This document shows, piece by piece, positions 32,008-48,570 of a stretch of 64,000 bases of DNA (positions are counted from its first letter, which is position 1; every line of letters starts with the position of its first letter). This stretch comes from the human T2T-CHM13v2.0 reference genome, Homo sapiens. Position numbers and translations under genes: made by a program. The notes below the pieces were generated by a model that had not been told where the DNA came from, made no database searches, and saw only the letters and a program-made list of their open reading frames with translations. The stretch lies in the NCBI RefSeq assembly GCF_009914755.1, contig NC_060947.1; one strand, 5' to 3'.

Positions 32008-32404
32008 CACCCCACTAATTTCGTATGCTATTGTGTACTACTTTGAAATAAAATCAGTGTAGATCTTTCAAACTATTATTAGTAATAAGTCATCACATGA
32101 CTATTTGTTACTTATATCTTTTATCGCATACAATTGCATATGATGTGCTCATTGTAAAATTTTCAGAAAATGCCAATGCATATGCTTTCTGAAAGCAATT
32201 ATGATTAGCACTATAGTGTGTATATAAAAATACATATGTATTTAAATGAATCATATATTTAAATATTTGTACACATGCCTGTAAGTAAATTAGAATTTGC
32301 TTTCTATTAGCAATTTGTCTTGTAGATATATAAATATTTAATATTTTAAATAATTGTATAGTGCATAGTATTAATACTACAAACACAGCATAATTTATTT
32401 AAAA

Positions 32405-32898
32405 AATGGGTTTTGCCTTACTGCTTACCACAAACTTAGTGGCTTACAACAAAGCAAATTTATTATCTTATATTTCTATGAGTCAAAAGGTTAAAAAGGG
32501 TATTATGGGGCAAAAATCAAGGTGTCTGAAGGGGTTTGTTTCTTCTGGAGGCAGCAGGAAAGAATCTACTTCTTGCTTTTTTCAGCTTTTAGAGGCTTCC
32601 TGCATTCCTTGGCACATCGTCCCTCTATCTTCAAAGCCAGATGTGTCTTTCTCACACCATTGTGACCTCTGCTTCTGTATTCACATCATCGCTGACCCTG
32701 ACTCTCCTATCTTCCTCTTTCACATTTTAAGGTCCTTTGTGATTATATTAGATGCACACAGATAATAATCTTTCCATCTCATGATCTTCAGTTAAATCAC
32801 AGTTGCCAAATTCCGTTTGCTGTGTAAAATAATATATTCGCAGAGTCAGAGGATTTTCACGTGGACATCTTTGAGAAGCTGTTTTTCTGCCTACCCCA
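32405..32898 (-). mobile_element. MLT1 (D/E-like) MaLR LTR
   Basis: ccacaaacttagtggctta...aatcaaggtgtc...ttctgcctacc motifs. Confidence 0.8.
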
Positions 32899-34211
32899 AA
32901 AAGGTATGTATTTTTGTTTCTTTATGATTTCAGATAATTTCTGGCCCTTCCTTCCCCACTCTCACTTATCAGCAGGTAATCGTTATTAGCCAAATAATGT
33001 GTATCCTCCTAGAGTATTTTTATATGTAAATTTAAACAGATAGGTAGATACTTATTACATCACAGAATCATTCATTCTGTTATTATACTTAAATTTTCCT
33101 TGAAATATATATCCTGAATAATTTTCAGAATTTTTATATAGTCCTCTTGTAGGTTTATGAACACATTTTTAATTTGATGGTTGCTGCCAAATTGTTCACA
33201 GAAATGTTGCAAAATTAGAAACCCATCTCCTACGTCTGAGGGTAGTTTTTCCTTCACAATTTTTGTGAAGGTTGGACATTATTATTCACTATAATATTTG
33301 TATATTTGGAAAAATATCTGCTATGGTTGTTTTTACATTTCCATGATTGCTACTGAATCCAATTATCTCTTCATAAATATCATTATAAAAAATAATATCT
33401 AAAAAGAAAATGTGACAATTGCTGTGTGTTAAAAAGAACTGCCAGAAATTAAAAGCTTTTAAAAACAACAAAAACAAAAAATTGGGTTTTGCCTTTTTTG
33501 TCCTTTCAGCTTTTTAAAAAATGAGGTGAAATTATATAATAAAATTAACCACTTGAAAGTAAGCAATTCAGTGCCATTTTTTGGCCTTTTTAGACCATAT
33601 TTTAATGCACATGTGTAACTTTTGTGAGATACAGTAAAGGAAAATTACTATCTAAACCATAGGTAAGTTTACGATCTAACTAAAAAAGAAAACTTCCGCA
33701 AACTCTACCATTTTGTACTCTTTCAGTAATCTGCTAACAAGATAAAAAGGGTTATCTCATTAATTAAAATTTTTACATTAAGTATTAAGCATATTTAATA
33801 TACTAGTGACCCATTTATATTTATTGTCCTTATATCTTGGATACAAACTACTAATTCTATATATATTATATATATATAAAACTATTCAAATAATTTCGTG
33901 TTCAAATCATTATGATAGACTTTAAGAAACAGAAGTCTATTTCATATATATATAAGGAATCATCTATATATATAGAGAGAGAGAGGTTATAGACTGCATA
34001 CATATTATACACACATATATACATAAATTCATGTTAATTTATATTCTATATATTACATATTCCTTTGACTGTGATATTTTACTGTATTTATTTTTCCATA
34101 TAAAATATATTTGTCAAGGCAGAAAAATACTGTATATTTTATAAGCACATTAGATATAAAATATTTGTGATAGTTAATACAAGTGTCACATCAATATTCT
34201 TTTTTAAATAA

Positions 34212-34378
34212 TTTTTTTCTAGAAACAGGGTCTCACTTTGCCACCTAGGCCAGGGTGCAATGATGCCATTATAGCTGACTGCCGCCTTGAACTCCTGGGT
34301 TCAAGCAATTCTCCTGCCTCAGCCTCCCAAGTAGCTGGGCTACAGATGTGCACCAACATGCCCAGCTAATTTTTTTCA
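34212..34378 (-). mobile_element. AluJ right arm / FRAM
   Basis: Antisense monomer with ctcctgcctcagcctcccaagtagctggg. Confidence 0.8.
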
Positions 34379-36020
34379 TTTTTATTATTTTTTAATCAGG
34401 AGATTATGGCTCCTCTCATATACTATCACATCCAGGTATGATCAGAAATTGTAATAACAAACTTTTTTTCATATTTTGTCTCTGAATGTGCTTAAATTAT
34501 CTTAATTTGTATATACCTGTAAAGATATTTTTAGATATTTTAACAATAATGGAGTTTTTGGTGCTTTGCATGCATCTTTTTTTGCTTTTTTTTCTCTTGT
34601 TGATTAAATAAACTAATTTCTTATAAACAGAATAATTTTCATTGTTAAAATAGCTGGTTAAGTTTTTGAAATATTTACTAATAAACTATATATTGGGCAT
34701 GTTTGAAATATAAAGTATATTAGTGAATTTAACAAATGTATAGTCACTAAAATATTCAATGAAATAAGTGTACATTATCTCACTGGGAACAATGATTTAA
34801 ATGATGGCTGTCTTCTCCACAAAATCCATGGAAAAGTAAAGAAAATGGAGCAGAATCCCTCCAATTACAAAGGAAAAGATGATAGCACTTTCAATCTATA
34901 TTCTATATCCAGTGAAATTATCTTTTCAAACTGAGAATGACTAAGGCATATAACCAAACCTAAGAGAATGTGTCACTGGCCAATCTGTAACACAAGCAAT
35001 ACCAAAGGAAGTTCTTCAGGCTGAAGGGAAATGACATGTGATAGAAACTAAGAACCATAGGAAGGAAAAAAGAGCACGGGATAGTATGTGCCTAATTAGA
35101 AAAGACTAACATTTTCTATTATTTCTTTGAAAGACTATTGATTGTTTAAGGCAATGTGATAAATGATATTTTAGATGCAAACAATACAACAAGAACACAA
35201 AGGAAAAGGGAATAAATAGAAATGTCCTGTTGTAAGATTATATTTACAGAAAATAAATATATTTAAATCTAAGTAGACCACATGAAAGTAAAAAATTCAA
35301 ATACAGATTCCTTGAACAAGCAGCAAACATAACACAAAAAAGTACAAATAATATTCTACTTATTATAACTGCATTACACATTTACATTATGTGTAAAGCA
35401 TACATTAAGTGTAAGGCATTTATATTTATTTTTTGTATACCTTGTGATGGATGTTACTAATTCCATGTGTTAATTATTTACTTATAATTACATGATTGCA
35501 AAAATTATGGGCTTAATGTTTAATAACTTTGGTATTCAACCAATTATTGACAGATAATAGTATGTAAACACTTATGTTCTATTAATATATACTGCATGGT
35601 ACCTAATTGATTCTGATATGTATTATCTTCATATAAATCATTTGTATGTAAAACATATTTTGCCAAAGCAGAAGAGTATGGATATTACAGGCAGTGATGC
35701 TATATAATTGCAAGTAGAACGTGAAAAGTAAAGAGTTCAAAAAATAGCACAAAAAGATATGGGTAATATTCTAGTTATATTACTGGGTAGCAAATTACCA
35801 CTAGAGTTATCTTCTATTATACATTTCATATTTACTTGTCTATTTTCCCATTAGCCTCTCCTTCAATAATGTAATTCGGTACATGGTCCACATCTGGCAC
35901 ATATGTTGGGAATTTAAAAACGTTTATGGGATGAATGAAATAATTAGCTTGAAATAAATTAAGCAACTAATGGCAAAAAAATCCACTATTTTTGAAGGTC
36001 ACTTGACTAAAATAATTGTT

Positions 36021-37539
36021 GGCCATCTGCTTCAAGACGCCTCAAGAAGATGGAGTAGACATAATTTTTTTCTCTATTTTGCCCTCTAAGTATAACTAGA
36101 AACCTTGGATGTTATACATAAAACAAACATTACAAAACTCTGAATGGTGGAGACAGGAAGGAAGACTGGCTAGAGGCCTCAGGACCCAAGAAACAATAGG
36201 ATGGTGACTTCTCTGCTTTTGTTTTTAATTTTGTCGCTGTGTTTTGGTTTGTTTGGTTTTGCCTCATATGTCCCAGAATAAAGCTGACATACCTGGCAAC
36301 CTTTAAACAAAAAAGGGTGCCTACAAAAAATTCCTCCCTTTTCGCCAATAAGCCTAATCTCTCTAGTCAAAAGAAAAGGAAAAGGACAGCTTAAAACAAA
36401 ACAGAAAACTTTAAGAAAATAAGCATCCTACTTCAGCTGGTATGACAGACAATATGGAGATCCTATTTTCACTCATGCCAGCAAAGACCATGAGAGGAGC
36501 CTATGCTCCCACACTTATTATGCTGTAACTAGTCACCCCTAACTGCCTACCCTATGATGTAGGTCAGAGAAAACCAAGTAGTGAGCTAGGACTTTCATGC
36601 CTGCTGGGCAATAACAAGGACTCCTGCACGACAGTGTCAATAGACAACATTTGGGGAGAATGGACTTCCACTGTCTGGGAAGTGAAGTAATACGGTAACC
36701 TTCCCCTCCTTGTTAGAGTGGTCTCAGAGGAGATCTAGTAGAGATTAATGACTTCCATTGCAACTCATGGTAAGGAAACCACTCTGCATGAGTGTCACTG
36801 CAGTACACAAAAGGAACTGTAACTTGACATTCCTCTTTCTCCTATCAGGGAGAAATTAGTGGAGGCCTAATGGGGCGTCAGAACTCCCAACCTTGCTCAG
36901 CAGTAACAAGGAGCATTCTCCACTCGTTAGTAAAGAGAGGGCAAGGGAGTAACTTGAATACACCCATTGCATTCTTGGATATTTACCCCAGAAAAATAAA
37001 GATTATGTTCACATGGAAACCTGTACACAAATGTTGATGGCAGATTTATTAGTCTCCTCTGGAAACTAGCAATAAGAAAATAATCTTCAAAGAGTGAATG
37101 GTTAAACAAACTGTGGTACATGTGTACCATGAAATACTACTCAGAAAGGAAAAGGAAGTACTAATCTAACAACCTGGATAAATCACTACAGAATTATGTA
37201 TTCTGAGAAAAGACAATCCCAATGGTCACATACAGTATGATTATATTTATATAATAGCCTAGAAATGAAAATGTATAGAAATGAAGAACATATTTGTGGC
37301 TGCCAGAATTCAGGGATGAAGGTGTGCCTTTAAGTGCAACAAAGGGCATCTTTGTGGTGATAGAAATGTGCTATATCTTAACTGTATCAATGTGAATATC
37401 CTGATGTAGGTATTGTACTATACTTTTGCAAGATGTTAATATTCACTGGAAATAGGTAAAGGGCACATGGTATATGTCTATATTATTTCTTTTATTTGAA
37501 AGTGAATGTACAATTATCCCAAATAGGAAGTTTAATTAA
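36021..37539 (+). mobile_element. Internally deleted L1MD-like element at a shared array insertion site
   Basis: The 5'UTR starting near aagatggagtagac is joined directly to an L1MD/MC-type 3' end. TSD-like aattgtt at 36014-36020 and 37540-37546. Confidence 0.7.
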
Positions 37540-40500
37540 AATTGTTTATCTCCTTAATTTACAGATTGGGTTAATTCAAGAGAGCAGGCAAAACACATAC
37601 AAAGTAAAATATATTTACGAAAGTGTTTTTGGAGATATTTCCTTTTAGCAATGTCAGACCAGATGTTTCAGCCCAAACACTCTATCAAGAAAATCTCTGA
37701 AAGATGGAAAATATAGAAGACATCGTTTTAAGTTATCATAAACCCAAATAAGCAACATTGAAGAGACAAGATCTCAAGTAAAAGAATAGAAAAAGGGGTG
37801 AGAAGCAAATTTGGTACTTTTTTCCCCACAAGATATCCCTCCTCAAATGAGAAGTTTGAAATCAAGTTTCTAAGCAGAAAGGTGTAGCTGAGAAACAAGG
37901 CGAATGAGTGATATTTCCAGCAGACTCACCAGCCCATGAGACACAGAGAGAATTCCAGTCCCCGCCCCGCCACCCCCAAGGAGGAGAGGATATGGAAATA
38001 CAAGACTTCATTAGATGTAGACTTGAGGAACTATGTCCTAAGTGTCCTTATGAATAAGAAATAGAAAACTACTCACAAAACCAAACACCTAGCTTCAAAA
38101 AGACTCAAATCTTGATTGCAATGAGATGAATTGCCCCCATCTTAATGGCCTGTTGGAAGCAAAATAAAATGTTCCCTGGAGGAAGATAAAATCACCTAGA
38201 GCTTCCAATTATTTTACAGTAATCATACACAAATTTTCGCAAACAATAAAAAAATCACATTTGCAAAATTTGAATGGTACAGAAAGAGCTTCAAGCCTGT
38301 GATCTATATTCTCCATTTACTGGGGATGTCTTCAAAAAAAGAACTCAGAACCATACAATTCAGAGCAACAATGAAATACAACTGCACACCTATTAGAAGA
38401 GCTATGGTTAAAAAGACTATACTAACCGTACCAAGTGCATGCAAGGATGTAGAGCTACTGTGACTTTCATTTACTGCTGGTATTATGGAAAACAGTATAA
38501 TCACATTGCAAAATATTTTGACATATTCCAAAATAAACTAAAATGTATGAAGCATGTAATGCAGCTATTTCATTCTTTAATGCTAATTCAAGAAAAATAT
38601 ATTTATATTTGTATATCCTTAAATGCATGTTAATAATTCCATTTTCTCAACAGTCCAATACTTCAAGATAATCTGAATACTAACATTAGTTTACATTAAC
38701 ACACACATATAGATACATACATATACATATTTATATGTATATGTGTGTATAAACTATTAATACTTTCACTTATGTTATATATATTGCCTGGTAGCAATTT
38801 GATTCTGATAGGTATGACATATAAATCATTTTCCACATAAAAATACTTTGCCAAAGCAAAATATTGTGTAAGAACAGTAGATATAAAATAAAATATTTTG
38901 TGATAGTTAATACAGTGTCAGTGTCACTTCATTATTTTTACCATGAGATTTTAACTATTTTCATACTCTCATCCAAGTAAACATTAGCTTCAAATCAGCA
39001 ATTATATTAACAAACGTTTTTACTTTTGTTTGTGAGTATGCTTAAATTCTTTTAATTTGTATATTATCTGTCCAGAGACTTTCATATATTTTAATAGGAA
39101 ATAAAAGATAGATTTGGGCTACACTTAATGCAGGTTTTTTTGCTTCTGATTTTTGTTATTATCAACAAAAATCATCCTTTTTTAAACACATATGGAAACA
39201 TATATCGAATAATTTTCATTGACAAAAGTCATTAAATTTTTTAAAATACTTTATTAATAAACTGTGTTTGACATTGACATAAAATATAAAACATTTTAAT
39301 GAATTGAAAAATATCTATCCATCAAAAATTTCAAAGAAATAAAGATACATTATTACCCACCCAGAAACAATGACTAAATGTTGGCTACCTTCTCAACAGA
39401 ATACATGGAGAACCAAAAAAAAAAAAAAAAAAATGAAGCAGCACCTTTCCAATGCTGAATGAAAAGATGAAACAATCAACCCAAAAATCTATATCCAGCA
39501 TAATTATCCTTCTAAACTGAGAGTGAAAGAAGATACATTCATATAAACAAGCCTCGGACAACTGGTCTCTGACCAACCTGGAACACAAGTATTACTAAAA
39601 GAAGTTTTTCAGGCAAAAAGGAAATGACACTTGATGGAAACAGTACTACAGAAAGAAACAAAGACTACTGGATAGGGAAATAATGTGGATAAATGCACGT
39701 ATATGACTAAATTTTCTATCATTTCTTTGGAAGACAACTCACTCTTTAAAGCAAGATTACAAATGGTATTTGATATGTAAACTATAAAATAAGAAGATAA
39801 AAAAGGGGGAATAAAAGAATTATAGTGTTCTGAGGTTACATTTAATGGAAGTGATCCTATATATATATTCTATAAACAGCATGGCAAGTAAATAATTCAA
39901 ATAACAATCCCTTCAACAACCACTAAATATAACACTAAAACATATAGGAAATATCCTATTTACACTAAAAGTGCATAACATAATTAATACAAAACTTATT
40001 TTCTATAATAATCTCCATACACATTTGTCTGTTTTTTCCACTAGGCTCTGCCTTAGTAATAAACTGCAGCACAGGGTCCACACCTGGCACATGTTGGGAA
40101 TGGAAGAAACATTTATGGGATGAGTGACATAATTATGTCAAAATAAACTAAGAAAATTACGGCTTAAAAAGATTCGCTGCTTGTGAAAATCATTTGGCTA
40201 AAATTCTTGCATATATACTTCCAAAAAGATGCAGTAGACAGACTTTACCTTTTTTTCCCCAGTAAGTATAACTGAAAACCCTGAATGTTATATGTAAAAC
40301 AAATACAAGACTCTGAAAGGTGAAGAGAAGAAGGTAGGCTGGGAAGGGACCTCAGGACCCATGGAACAACCTAGTGGTGATTTCCCAGCTATTTTTGTTA
40401 GTTTTGTGTTTGCCTCAGACATCCCAGACATGGAGATGATAAATTCGGCAACCTGAAAACACCAAAGGGTGCAAAAACAAAACATCTTCAAAAAGCCTGC

Positions 40501-41240
40501 TTTCTTTAGACAAAGGATTAAAAAAGAAACAATAAAAAGACAGAAATTTTTACACAATAGCCACTCTACTCCAGCCAAAACCTATCCTCACCCACATCAG
40601 CAAAATCCCAGTGGAGAACCTAGACTTCCACCCCCCCAACACCCCCGCAGGTTATAATGAGTGATAACAATCCACCCTCAATGGTAATCCATTGTTTCCA
40701 TTTACTGGGGATGTTTGAGAAAGAAAGAATTATGACTTAGTAACCCGTACAATATAAATAGATAATGAGACACCACTGCACACCTACTGCACACCTATTT
40801 GAAGGGCTGTGATTAAAAATAATCACCATAACAAGTGCTGGCAAGGATGTTGAGCAACTGAGACTCTCATATATGGTGATAAAATGTAAAAAGGTACAAC
40901 CAAAATGTAAAATGCTTTGACATATTCTAAAATTATTTTAAAAGAAACACCTATCAGGTGATCCAGATATTCACAAACCTTGATATTTATACAAGAAAAA
41001 AGAATGTTTATACGAAGACTTGCACAGGAGTATACACATCATGAAACAGGGAGAGGCATTAGCCAAAACCAGGAAGGAAGAAATACAAACATGCACCACA
41101 AAACTTGACTGGAGGGATATGTACATTATCATGCCCTTGATGATGGCTTAACAACAACAAATATATATATATACACATATATATGTATATATATACACAT
41201 ACACACATGCCAAACACATATGGAAAAATTTGTACTGTTC

Positions 41241-42015
<775 letters not shown>

Positions 42016-42462
42016 TTTTTTTAATTTTAAATTTCAATTTTTAATTTTTGTGGGTACATAGTAGAGGTATCGAAAAATAAAAACAATTGAACTCATGGAT
42101 ATAAAGTGTAGAAGGATGGTTACCAGAGGCTGGGAAGGGTAGTGGGAGGGTTGTGGGGAAGTGGGGATGGTTAATGGGTACAAATAAAAACAATTAGAAA
42201 GCATGGATAAGACCTACTATTTGATCACACAACAGGGTGACTATAGTCAATAATAGCTTAATTGTATATTTTAAAATAACTTAAACAGTGCAATTGGATT
42301 GCTTGTAACTCAAAGGATAAATGCTGGAGGAGATGGATACCCCATTCTCCATGATGTGATTATTTCACATTGCATGCCTGTATCAAAACATCTCATATAC
42401 CTCACAAACATATACACCTACTATGTACCCACAAAAATAAAAAAAATTAAAAAATTAAAATT
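42016..42462 (+). mobile_element. L1MA 3' end (42071-42462) preceded by an antisense L1MA tail (42016-42070)
   Basis: The plus piece ends ctactatgtacccacaaaaat; the left piece reads tttttgtgggtacatagtag. Confidence 0.8.
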
Positions 42463-43633
42463 AACCTCATGAGCAAACACAGAGAAAAATATGAAAAAAT
42501 TTACCAGACAGTATTAATTTAAAATGTTTAATACACTAAATATCATACTCTTGTAGTGAAATACTTAAAGTCTCCCCCTGAGATTCGAAAAGACTTAAGA
42601 ATGTCTACCATCATCAGTTCTATTCAGTATTTTAGGAAGGTCACAGCTGGGGCAATAATGCAAGAATGGGGGAAAAGGCATAAAAATTGAAAATGATAAA
42701 ACAAAGCTGTCATTATTCACATATAGCATGTTTACACATACAGACTATGAGAAAGCAATCTAAAGGTAATATATTAGAATTAAATTAGTTTACCAAGATT
42801 ATTGTATTCCATCTAGATAAATGTAAACACATTCTCTGAGTATAGCAATTGTTACTAAACTTTTTATACACATCATAAGAGATGGATTCCTACAGGACAA
42901 GATAATATTTAAAGCTTTCTCTATACACTTACAAGATAAAACAAGAGACATTATTACCCTATTTCTGTTGTCATGTTTTCCTTAAATCATGGTAACAGAG
43001 GGCCCTGTATCACAGATAAAATTTCCAATACACTCGACGTTTAATCCTAGTGGAACAATTAAACAAGCATTCATTGTTACAGTGCTATTTATGATACCCA
43101 GTTTAATTATCTCATCGTCTAAATAGAGTTTAGTTTATTTTCAGTGTCTCCATTTAATAATTTGATAAAGAGCCATAATTATTTGAACATCAATATTATT
43201 ATATATGAAAGTTATTTATATGCATGAACTTGTTGCTTTTATCTACATTCTGTATTTTTCCTATTATTGAAATGATTCTGATATGAACTCAAAATGTTTA
43301 TCCAAAGTAGGATTCTTAAATATTATATAATTACAGCAGATATAAATTCTTATGCTATAGGTAATAAGGTGTCATTTCATTTTTTAACAAGACTTTTGCT
43401 CTTTATTCATGCATTCTTTTTTCACGTTGACATAAGCAACAGATCAGCAGCTATCAATCATTTTTGTATTTGCTTATGTACGTGCTTAAATTATTTTAAT
43501 TTGTATATGATCAACACAGATATATTCTATGTATCTAAATAAGAATATGTGCTTTTAATTCTTACTTTTGTTATTTTTCACGTGAGCTTCTTTGGGCTTT
43601 TGGATTGTTTTGCTGCTACTGTCAATACAATAA

Positions 43634-43847
43634 GATCAGCCTGGAAAACATAGTGAGATGCTGTCTCTACCAAAAAAAAAAAAAATTAAATTAGCCAGGT
43701 GCACTGGTGTACACCTGTAGTCCCAGCTACTCAAGAGGCTGAGGCAGGAGGATCCTTTGAATCCAGGAGTTAGAGAGTGCACTGAAGTATGATTGTGCTA
43801 CCCAACTCCAGCCTGAGTGACAGTGAAACCTCATCTCCAAAAAAAAT
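43634..43847 (+). mobile_element. AluJ lacking its first ~85 nt
   Basis: Begins gatcagcctgg. A matching 5' part lies antisense at 45719-45777. Confidence 0.85.
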
Positions 43848-43884
43848 TGTGTAAAAACTTTTTATTTAATAGAGATATTATATA

Positions 43885-44925
43885 TATATATAGTTTGCTA
43901 ATGAAATACTTCAAATTTTCAGTAGCTATGTTGTAAATGAAAATGATTCCATTTATATAAAAACTTTAACTTGATCAACAACAGGAAATAAAGGAAAGCA
44001 GAAATATGCTGTGTGATAAATACCATAACCAAAAAAACCCTATTGTTTCTTATTAAAATGTATAAATACATCTCTACTGCTTACATACAAATTAAAATAA
44101 TTTCAGCACATTTACAAGAAAAATATCAAAAACTTTTAAAATTATTATTTTTAATCTGATGCTAATAGTGATCTGAATGTGATAGTGTATGAGAAGAGCC
44201 AAAATCTCTTGGTAAAGAGTAATGAAATGACACTTGTATTAACTATAACAAAATATTTTATATCTACCATACTTCTAATAAATACAATTTATTTTATAGC
44301 AAAATGATTTATATAAGACATATAGTATGCATAAGAATCTATTTGGTACCATGCAATGTATAGAACATAATTGAAAGCAACAAAAAGTTATGCATATATA
44401 TGAATATGTATGTATATATGGTCAATGTATAATTTTGGTTCAGAATTGTAATTATTATGAAACAACAGACTATGTAACAGAATTAATATGTATCAAAGAA
44501 TATACAAAAAATAAATATATGACGGCATACTATCCTAGGGTTGCTTAATACCTTGTGTAAGTAATTTAAGCAACAAACTACTCTTTTTAAATCTTGATAC
44601 TGGGGTATCATAGGGGCATAAAGTGGTAATGAGTATTTGGAAAGTAATTTGTTGTTTTTTGACAGAGTTGTGAATTTACCCACAGTTTTACACAGTGACT
44701 TGCCATCTAGGACTGTATCTGACATAGCTACTTACACATGTGCATTAGCGTATGGGCACAAAAAAAATGTCAAAACAGCTATTTAGGTTGGTGCAAAAAT
44801 AATAGCTTTGCACCAACTTAAATATTATTTGATAAATTATCCTGCATTCATACTGTGAATACTATGTAGCTTTTACAACCGACCAATTAGCTAGATATAA
44901 AATACTTATAAAGGACATCTCCAGG
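43885..44925 (-). repeat. Array module in inverted orientation
   Basis: The reverse complement of 44701-44782 matches 50743-50820, and that of 44221-44370 matches 38770-38940 (atattttgt.atagttaatacaagtgtca). Confidence 0.85.
44783..44821. mobile_element. Internally deleted MADE1 (Hsmar1 MITE)
   Basis: ttaggttggtgcaaaa...tttgcaccaacttaa terminal inverted repeats; 39 bp versus ~80 bp for a full MADE1. Confidence 0.8.
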
Positions 44926-45716
<791 letters not shown>

Positions 45717-45718
45717 AT

Positions 45719-45777
45719 TACTCCCACCTCTGCCTCCCAAAGCACTGGAATTACAGGTATGAGCCACCGTGACCAGT
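45719..45777 (-). mobile_element. Alu 5' fragment (first ~60 nt)
   Basis: ctcccacctctgcctcccaaagcactggaattacaggtatgagccaccg. Confidence 0.85.
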
Positions 45778-46064
45778 CAAATGTAAAATATTTGCATGAA
45801 TTGAACAAATGTATATCCACCCATAACTTCAAGGAAATAAAGATACATGACCTACCTGGGAATGACTATTTAAATATTGGCTGCCTTCTCCACAGAATCC
45901 ACAGGGAAGCAAATAAAAAGGAGCATCATTTTACCAATGCTTAAAACCATAATTCTATATTCAACAAAGTTATTCTTCCAAACTGTGAGTGAAATAAATC
46001 ATATCCAGATAATCAAATCTGAGAAAATTTCTCAGTAGCCAAACTTTAGGTAATGTTAAAGGAA

Positions 46065-46535
46065 TGTATTTGTTTCCTAAGGTTTCTATAATAAAGTATC
46101 ACAAACTAGGTGGCTTTGAAAAAACAGAAATTTGTCATCTCGCAGTTCTGGAAGCTAGAAATCTGAAATCAAGGTGTCAGTGGGGCCATTCTCTCTTTGA
46201 AATCTGTAGGGGAATTCTTCCTTGCCTCTTCTCTAGGTTCCAATGATTTGCTGGCAATCTTTGGCATTCTTTCCCTTTTAGATGGATCACCCCAATCCTC
46301 CATCTCCATATGACAACCCCACTGTGTGTGTCTTCACACAGACTTCCCTCTATTCATGTCTCTATGCATGTCCAAATTTCCCCTTTTTATAAGGACCAGT
46401 CATATTGGGCTAGGGCCCACTCTAATGACATAATCTCAACTTGACCACATATGCAAGGATGCTATTTCCAAATGAGGCCACAGTCTGAGGTACTGGAAGG
46501 TAGGACATTTTCGGTTGATGCAACTCCACTAATAG
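46065..46535 (-). mobile_element. MLT1C-like MaLR LTR
   Basis: tgtatttgtttcctaagg...cacaaactaggtggc...aatcaaggtgtcag, flanked by aggaa repeats. It interrupts module A in one copy only. Confidence 0.82.
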
Positions 46536-48570
46536 CAAGGAAGTTCTTCAGACCAAATGGAAACGACACCTGATGGAAACTAAGAACTACAGATATACAA
46601 GATGTGAAGAACACTAGATAGAAGAAACATGTGCATTAACATAAAAGACTAATATTTTCAGTTATTTATTTGAGAAATAGCTGGCTCTTTAAAACAAAAG
46701 TGATAAATAATATTATTGATCTGAACTATATAACAAGATGACAAAGGAAAGGGGGAATAAATATAATTGTAGTGAGGTTACATTTCTAGGAAATGATACT
46801 ACCTATGCCTACGGAGATGATGAGAGTAAAGAATTTAAGTATCAATCCTTTGAACAACTACTAAACATAACACAAAAATACACAGCTAATACTCTAGTTA
46901 CTATAACAAATTATCACAAAACTTATTTTCTTTGATATACTCTATATATACTTGTCTATTTTCCCACAAGTTGTTCCCTCAACAATGTAAGTAGAGCATA
47001 TCATCCGTACTTGGCACTTTGAAATTGAAGAAATCTTTATAGAATGAATGCAATAACTACATTGAAAGAAATTAAGCAAATGATGGCTACAAAAAAAAAA
47101 TCCACTGCTTGTTTAAAAGATCATTTGGTAAAAAAAGAAAATGATGTCTGCTTCCAAAATGTTGGAGATTTTTCCCTATTTATCCCCCTAAGTGTAACAA
47201 AAATTCCTGGACATTACAAATAAAGTGAACATAGGAAGACTCTGAAAGGTGAAAAAAATAAGGAAAACTGAATAGCTATCTTAGAAACCAGGAAACAACA
47301 CAGTGGAATTTCCACGTTTTCTTTTGTTTGTTTTATTTTCTTTCTGCCTCATGCATCCAATACCTAATACAGAAAAACCCAGCGAGCAGAAAACACCAAA
47401 AAGTAAAGAACATAACACCTCCAACAAAAGCCTGCTCTCTCTAGATAAAGGACTAGAAAAGGTACAGACAAAAAATAATGATAAAACTCATAGAAAGACA
47501 ATAACTGCTCTATGCCAGACAAACGCCATCCTCATCCACACTAGCAGAGGCCCATTGGTGAACCCAGACCCTCACTATGCTCCAAAGTGTCACCTTAAAC
47601 TGTCCCTCCCCATCGTGATTTATTCTTTTTCCATTTACTACGCATGCATTGGGAAAGGAAAAACTATGATTTTATTACACTAATTTAGATAAAGAGGGAG
47701 ATACCACTAAGCACCTATTAAAAGAGCTACAATAAAAAATAATGACCAGTATAAGTGAGGGCAAAGATGGAGAGCATCTGTGACTGCCGGTAGGATGTAA
47801 AACAATACAATCACTTTCCAAAACATATGACATATTCTGATTTAATTTAAAGGTACACATATCATGTGATCCAGCTGTACCATTCCTTTATGCTCATCCA
47901 AGAAAAATAAAAAGATGTGTTCATACAAACACTTGTACAATAATGTACACATCATGGGAAAAGAGGAAGTATTGAGTAGAAACTGGAGGGGGAAATACAA
48001 AATTGTACAAGAAAACTTGAGTAGAGGGAAGCATATGTACCTTATATCACTTCTGGTGATGTTTTTACAAATAAATATGCCAAAACTTACACTGCTCAAT
48101 TTAAAGTTGTAAAGTTTACTTAAAATCATTATATATCAATAAAGCGACTAAAAGTGTGAGATACAATATGCATGTCTAAAGGGATATTTGCAGCAATAAA
48201 CGCAAAATAAGAAACCCTGAAATTTGTGGTCACAAAATCTATCTCAAAATATTGGGAAAAAAGATAGTCAATGTGAAACCAATAACAGAAATGAAACAAT
48301 AAAATGATCTGTGATATGTTCTAAAATACACAAAGAGGAATGAAAATTTTAAACCCACTTTTTCTGGAAAAGAGTAACACAAGCCCCTACTAAGACTAAG
48401 GAGGTGAAGGGGAATGAAAAAGTAGCAAAAGACATTAATTATCAACAATGTGAAGAAAATCCTCTTGTCATATCCTGGTGATACATGTATAAAAACAACT
48501 TTATGCTAAGAACCTTGACATTACACAAAAAGAAAAAAATCCAAGGAAAACACAGCTTTAAAAAATAATA

